DNA from: a virus
Taxonomy: Duplodnaviria; Heunggongvirae; Uroviricota; Caudoviricetes
DNA length: 7,973 bases
Reading direction: 5' to 3' (one strand)
IMG/VR virus record: IMGVR_UViG_2645727743_000016
Span: 1-7,973 of that record
Below, in pieces: positions 6,466-7,973 of the stretch. Numbering within the stretch: the stretch's first letter is position 1; every line of letters starts with the position of its first letter. The notes under the pieces are model-generated. The model was not told where the DNA came from. It searched no databases and saw nothing but the letters and a program-made list of their open reading frames with translations. Position numbers and translations under genes: made by a program.

Positions 6466-7431
6466 TTACCCCCTGAACCCCGGCGGAATTTCGGTATCCG
6501 GCTCAGAAATATGATTCACACAACGCTGTACAGACGAACGCCCCAGGCGGATAACCAGTTCATCCCATTTTCCGCGAAGCTTTGACGGACTCATGATATT
6601 TTTTACCCAGAATGGATCCCGCTGCGCCCGACCAAACATTTCACAAATTTGTCTGTGAGTTCTGCCATCCAGCATCCGCATTGTGCGCACGTCGTTGGCC
6701 CATGCGGTCCAGTTGGGTTCTTTCGGTCGCGAAATCTCGCCATCATCGCTGGCGGCCTGCTCGTAAAGACTCACGATTCGCCCCCAGATCCACTGCGCAC
6801 ACGCCAAATCTTCCTGGTTGCCCCACTGGCGTTTTTTTGCACTGAACACAACCGCGTCAGGGTGTCGGGTTAAAAAATCCTGTTCAACCGTCTGCGGGTC
6901 CGGTTGCGAAGCTTCCGGACGAGAAGTGTTTTTATTCTCTGTAGTAATCTCTGTTGTATTCTCTGTAAGATCATCAGGCCATTTTGACCCGATGACATTG
7001 AGTCGTTTTGAACCAATGGAACGTGCCATTTTGGCCTCTTCCATCGTGTCATTCTGACCTGATGGAGCAGCGCATTTTGACCTGATGGATTCGCTCACTT
7101 TGCCACCATCTAAAAGCTCGCTCTCGTAATTAATCGTGTAAAAATTAGTCATATCACGCTTTGATTTATTGAGCTTTTCGCAACGCAAAAGCCCCAGCGT
7201 TTTCAGACTGGCAAATGCGCGTTTTAACGTTGACTCTGACCAGAACGGGAACTGCTCCAGCCATTGTTCTGTTGTGTTATAAATCCAGCGAACACCATCA
7301 CATTCCATGCCGGAACCGGTATCTCTCAACCAGTAGTGCAGTTGTTGCAAAACAATGGCTTCGTTTAAGCCAATTTTCATTGCCAGCTGCGTGTTTATAA
7401 CCAGTGGGCGTTCAGCAAAAAGAAGACTCAT
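6466..7431 (-). CDS. Phage replication initiator / replisome organiser (lambda O-like)
   Basis: N-terminal MSLLFAERPLVINTQLAMKIGLNEAIVLQQLHYWL resembles phage replisome-organiser N-terminal domains. An iteron array and an AT-rich tract sit in the central linker-coding region. Preferred start is ATG 7429-7431; the ORF track's 7485 start is 18 codons upstream. Confidence 0.82.
   Translation of the reverse strand: MSLLFAERPLVINTQLAMKIGLNEAIVLQQLHYWLRDTGSGMECDGVRWIYNTTEQWLEQFPFWSESTLKRAFASLKTLGLLRCEKLNKSKRDMTNFYTINYESELLDGGKVSESIRSKCAAPSGQNDTMEEAKMARSIGSKRLNVIGSKWPDDLTENTTEITTENKNTSRPEASQPDPQTVEQDFLTRHPDAVVFSAKKRQWGNQEDLACAQWIWGRIVSLYEQAASDDGEISRPKEPNWTAWANDVRTMRMLDGRTHRQICEMFGRAQRDPFWVKNIMSPSKLRGKWDELVIRLGRSSVQRCVNHISEPDTEIPPGFRG
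6927..6970. repeat. AT-rich tract with three TCTCTGT repeats at 12-bp spacing (origin unwinding element candidate)
   Basis: TCTCTGT at 6936-6942, 6948-6954 and 6960-6966 within gtgtttttattctctgtagtaatctctgttgtattctctgtaaga. Directly adjacent to the iteron array, on the side lambda-type origins carry their AT-rich region. Confidence 0.5.
6980..7093. repeat. Iteron array: five direct repeats at about 23-bp periodicity (candidate origin of replication inside the O-like gene)
   Basis: Repeats begin at 6980 (CATTTTGACCCGATGACATTG), 7004 (TCGTTTTGAACCAATGGAACG), 7027 (CATTTTGGCCTCTTCCATCG), 7050 (CATTCTGACCTGATGGAGCAG) and 7073 (CATTTTGACCTGATGGATTCG). Approximate consensus CATTTTGACCYGATGR. Confidence 0.6.
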
Positions 7432-7873
7432 AATTCCATCCAGCTTTTTGTTGGTATTGCTGTCGATACGCAAGCTTGAAAGCAATTGCTTTTTCTATAA
7501 GTTCGTCAGTTTCACGATCTACAACGGCAGGATCTGCAAAAAGCAGTCCGGATTCCACCACATCGCCATATTCTTTATTTAACCCGGCGATCATGTACGT
7601 AATACTTTTTCCATCACTGATCTCACGATACAACCTGAAATCACTAATCCGGATAGCCTCCATAATTGCAGGCACTAGCGCTGTGAACTTTTCACGCTTA
7701 TCCCTGGTGTCGATAGCCTTCCAGCGTTCGAATATCTTCACTCGATTAACGCTAAGCGCTCGCTGATCAACCGCGCCACCTTCATATGTGACACGCTGAA
7801 CATCGATGTTCGGGCGCTCTTTCAAAGCCCAGAATGCTTCAGTGATTAATATCGTCGCCTGCTCCTGTGTCAT
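7412..7873 (-). CDS. Hypothetical phage protein (153 aa) immediately upstream of the replication initiator
   Basis: ATG at 7871-7873. Its 3' end overlaps the preferred O-like start by 20 nt, out of frame. No recognisable motif; occupies the position of cII/YdaT-type regulators in lambdoid prophages, which is synteny inference only. Confidence 0.6.
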   Translation of the reverse strand: MTQEQATILITEAFWALKERPNIDVQRVTYEGGAVDQRALSVNRVKIFERWKAIDTRDKREKFTALVPAIMEAIRISDFRLYREISDGKSITYMIAGLNKEYGDVVESGLLFADPAVVDRETDELIEKAIAFKLAYRQQYQQKAGWNYESSFC

Positions 7874-7973
7874 TCCTGGTTGGATTTGCCCCTATATTTC
7901 CAGACATCTGTTATCACTTAACCCATTACAAGCCCGCTGCCGCAGATATTCCCGTGGCGAGCGATAACCCAGC

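Noticed and set aside
6088-6585. 165-aa plus-strand ORF, plus the overlapping 6251-6514 ORF
   Set aside because: Lies entirely antisense to the well-supported DnaC-family gene with Walker A/B motifs. The translation is low-complexity and Arg/Leu-rich, typical of a shadow ORF.
6612-7057. Plus-strand ORFs 6612-6845, 6649-6873, 6818-7057 and minus-strand 6870-7052 in an alternative frame
   Set aside because: All fall inside the O-like initiator gene. The Arg-rich low-complexity translations are consistent with frame shadows of the iteron and linker region.
7215-7766. Plus-strand ORFs 7215-7400, 7355-7582 and 7476-7766
   Set aside because: Antisense to the O-like gene and the 153-aa gene; no start signals.

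Overview
The window reads as one contiguous minus-strand operon from a lambdoid (Qin/Rac-like) enterobacterial prophage, covering the replication module through the nin-like region; no supported gene lies on the plus strand. From high to low coordinates: a 153-aa hypothetical, an O-like replication initiator with an iteron-type origin embedded in its coding sequence, a DnaC-family helicase loader, four tightly coupled small genes of unknown function (one DUF4406, nucleoside 2-deoxyribosyltransferase-like), an AT-rich island with a small hydrophobic ORF, a Hok type I toxin, a Fic/Doc type II toxin with a small upstream partner gene, two small hypotheticals, a DUF968 (YdfU-like) protein, RusA resolvase, and the truncated start of the next gene. 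The two most notable observations are that the Fic/Doc cassette is bracketed by a perfect 21-bp direct repeat of a terminator hairpin, suggesting a moron-type insertion next to hok, and that the four-gene block at 4025-5698 is uncharacterised. All calls rest on reading the ORF translations and sequence by eye; no database search was run.
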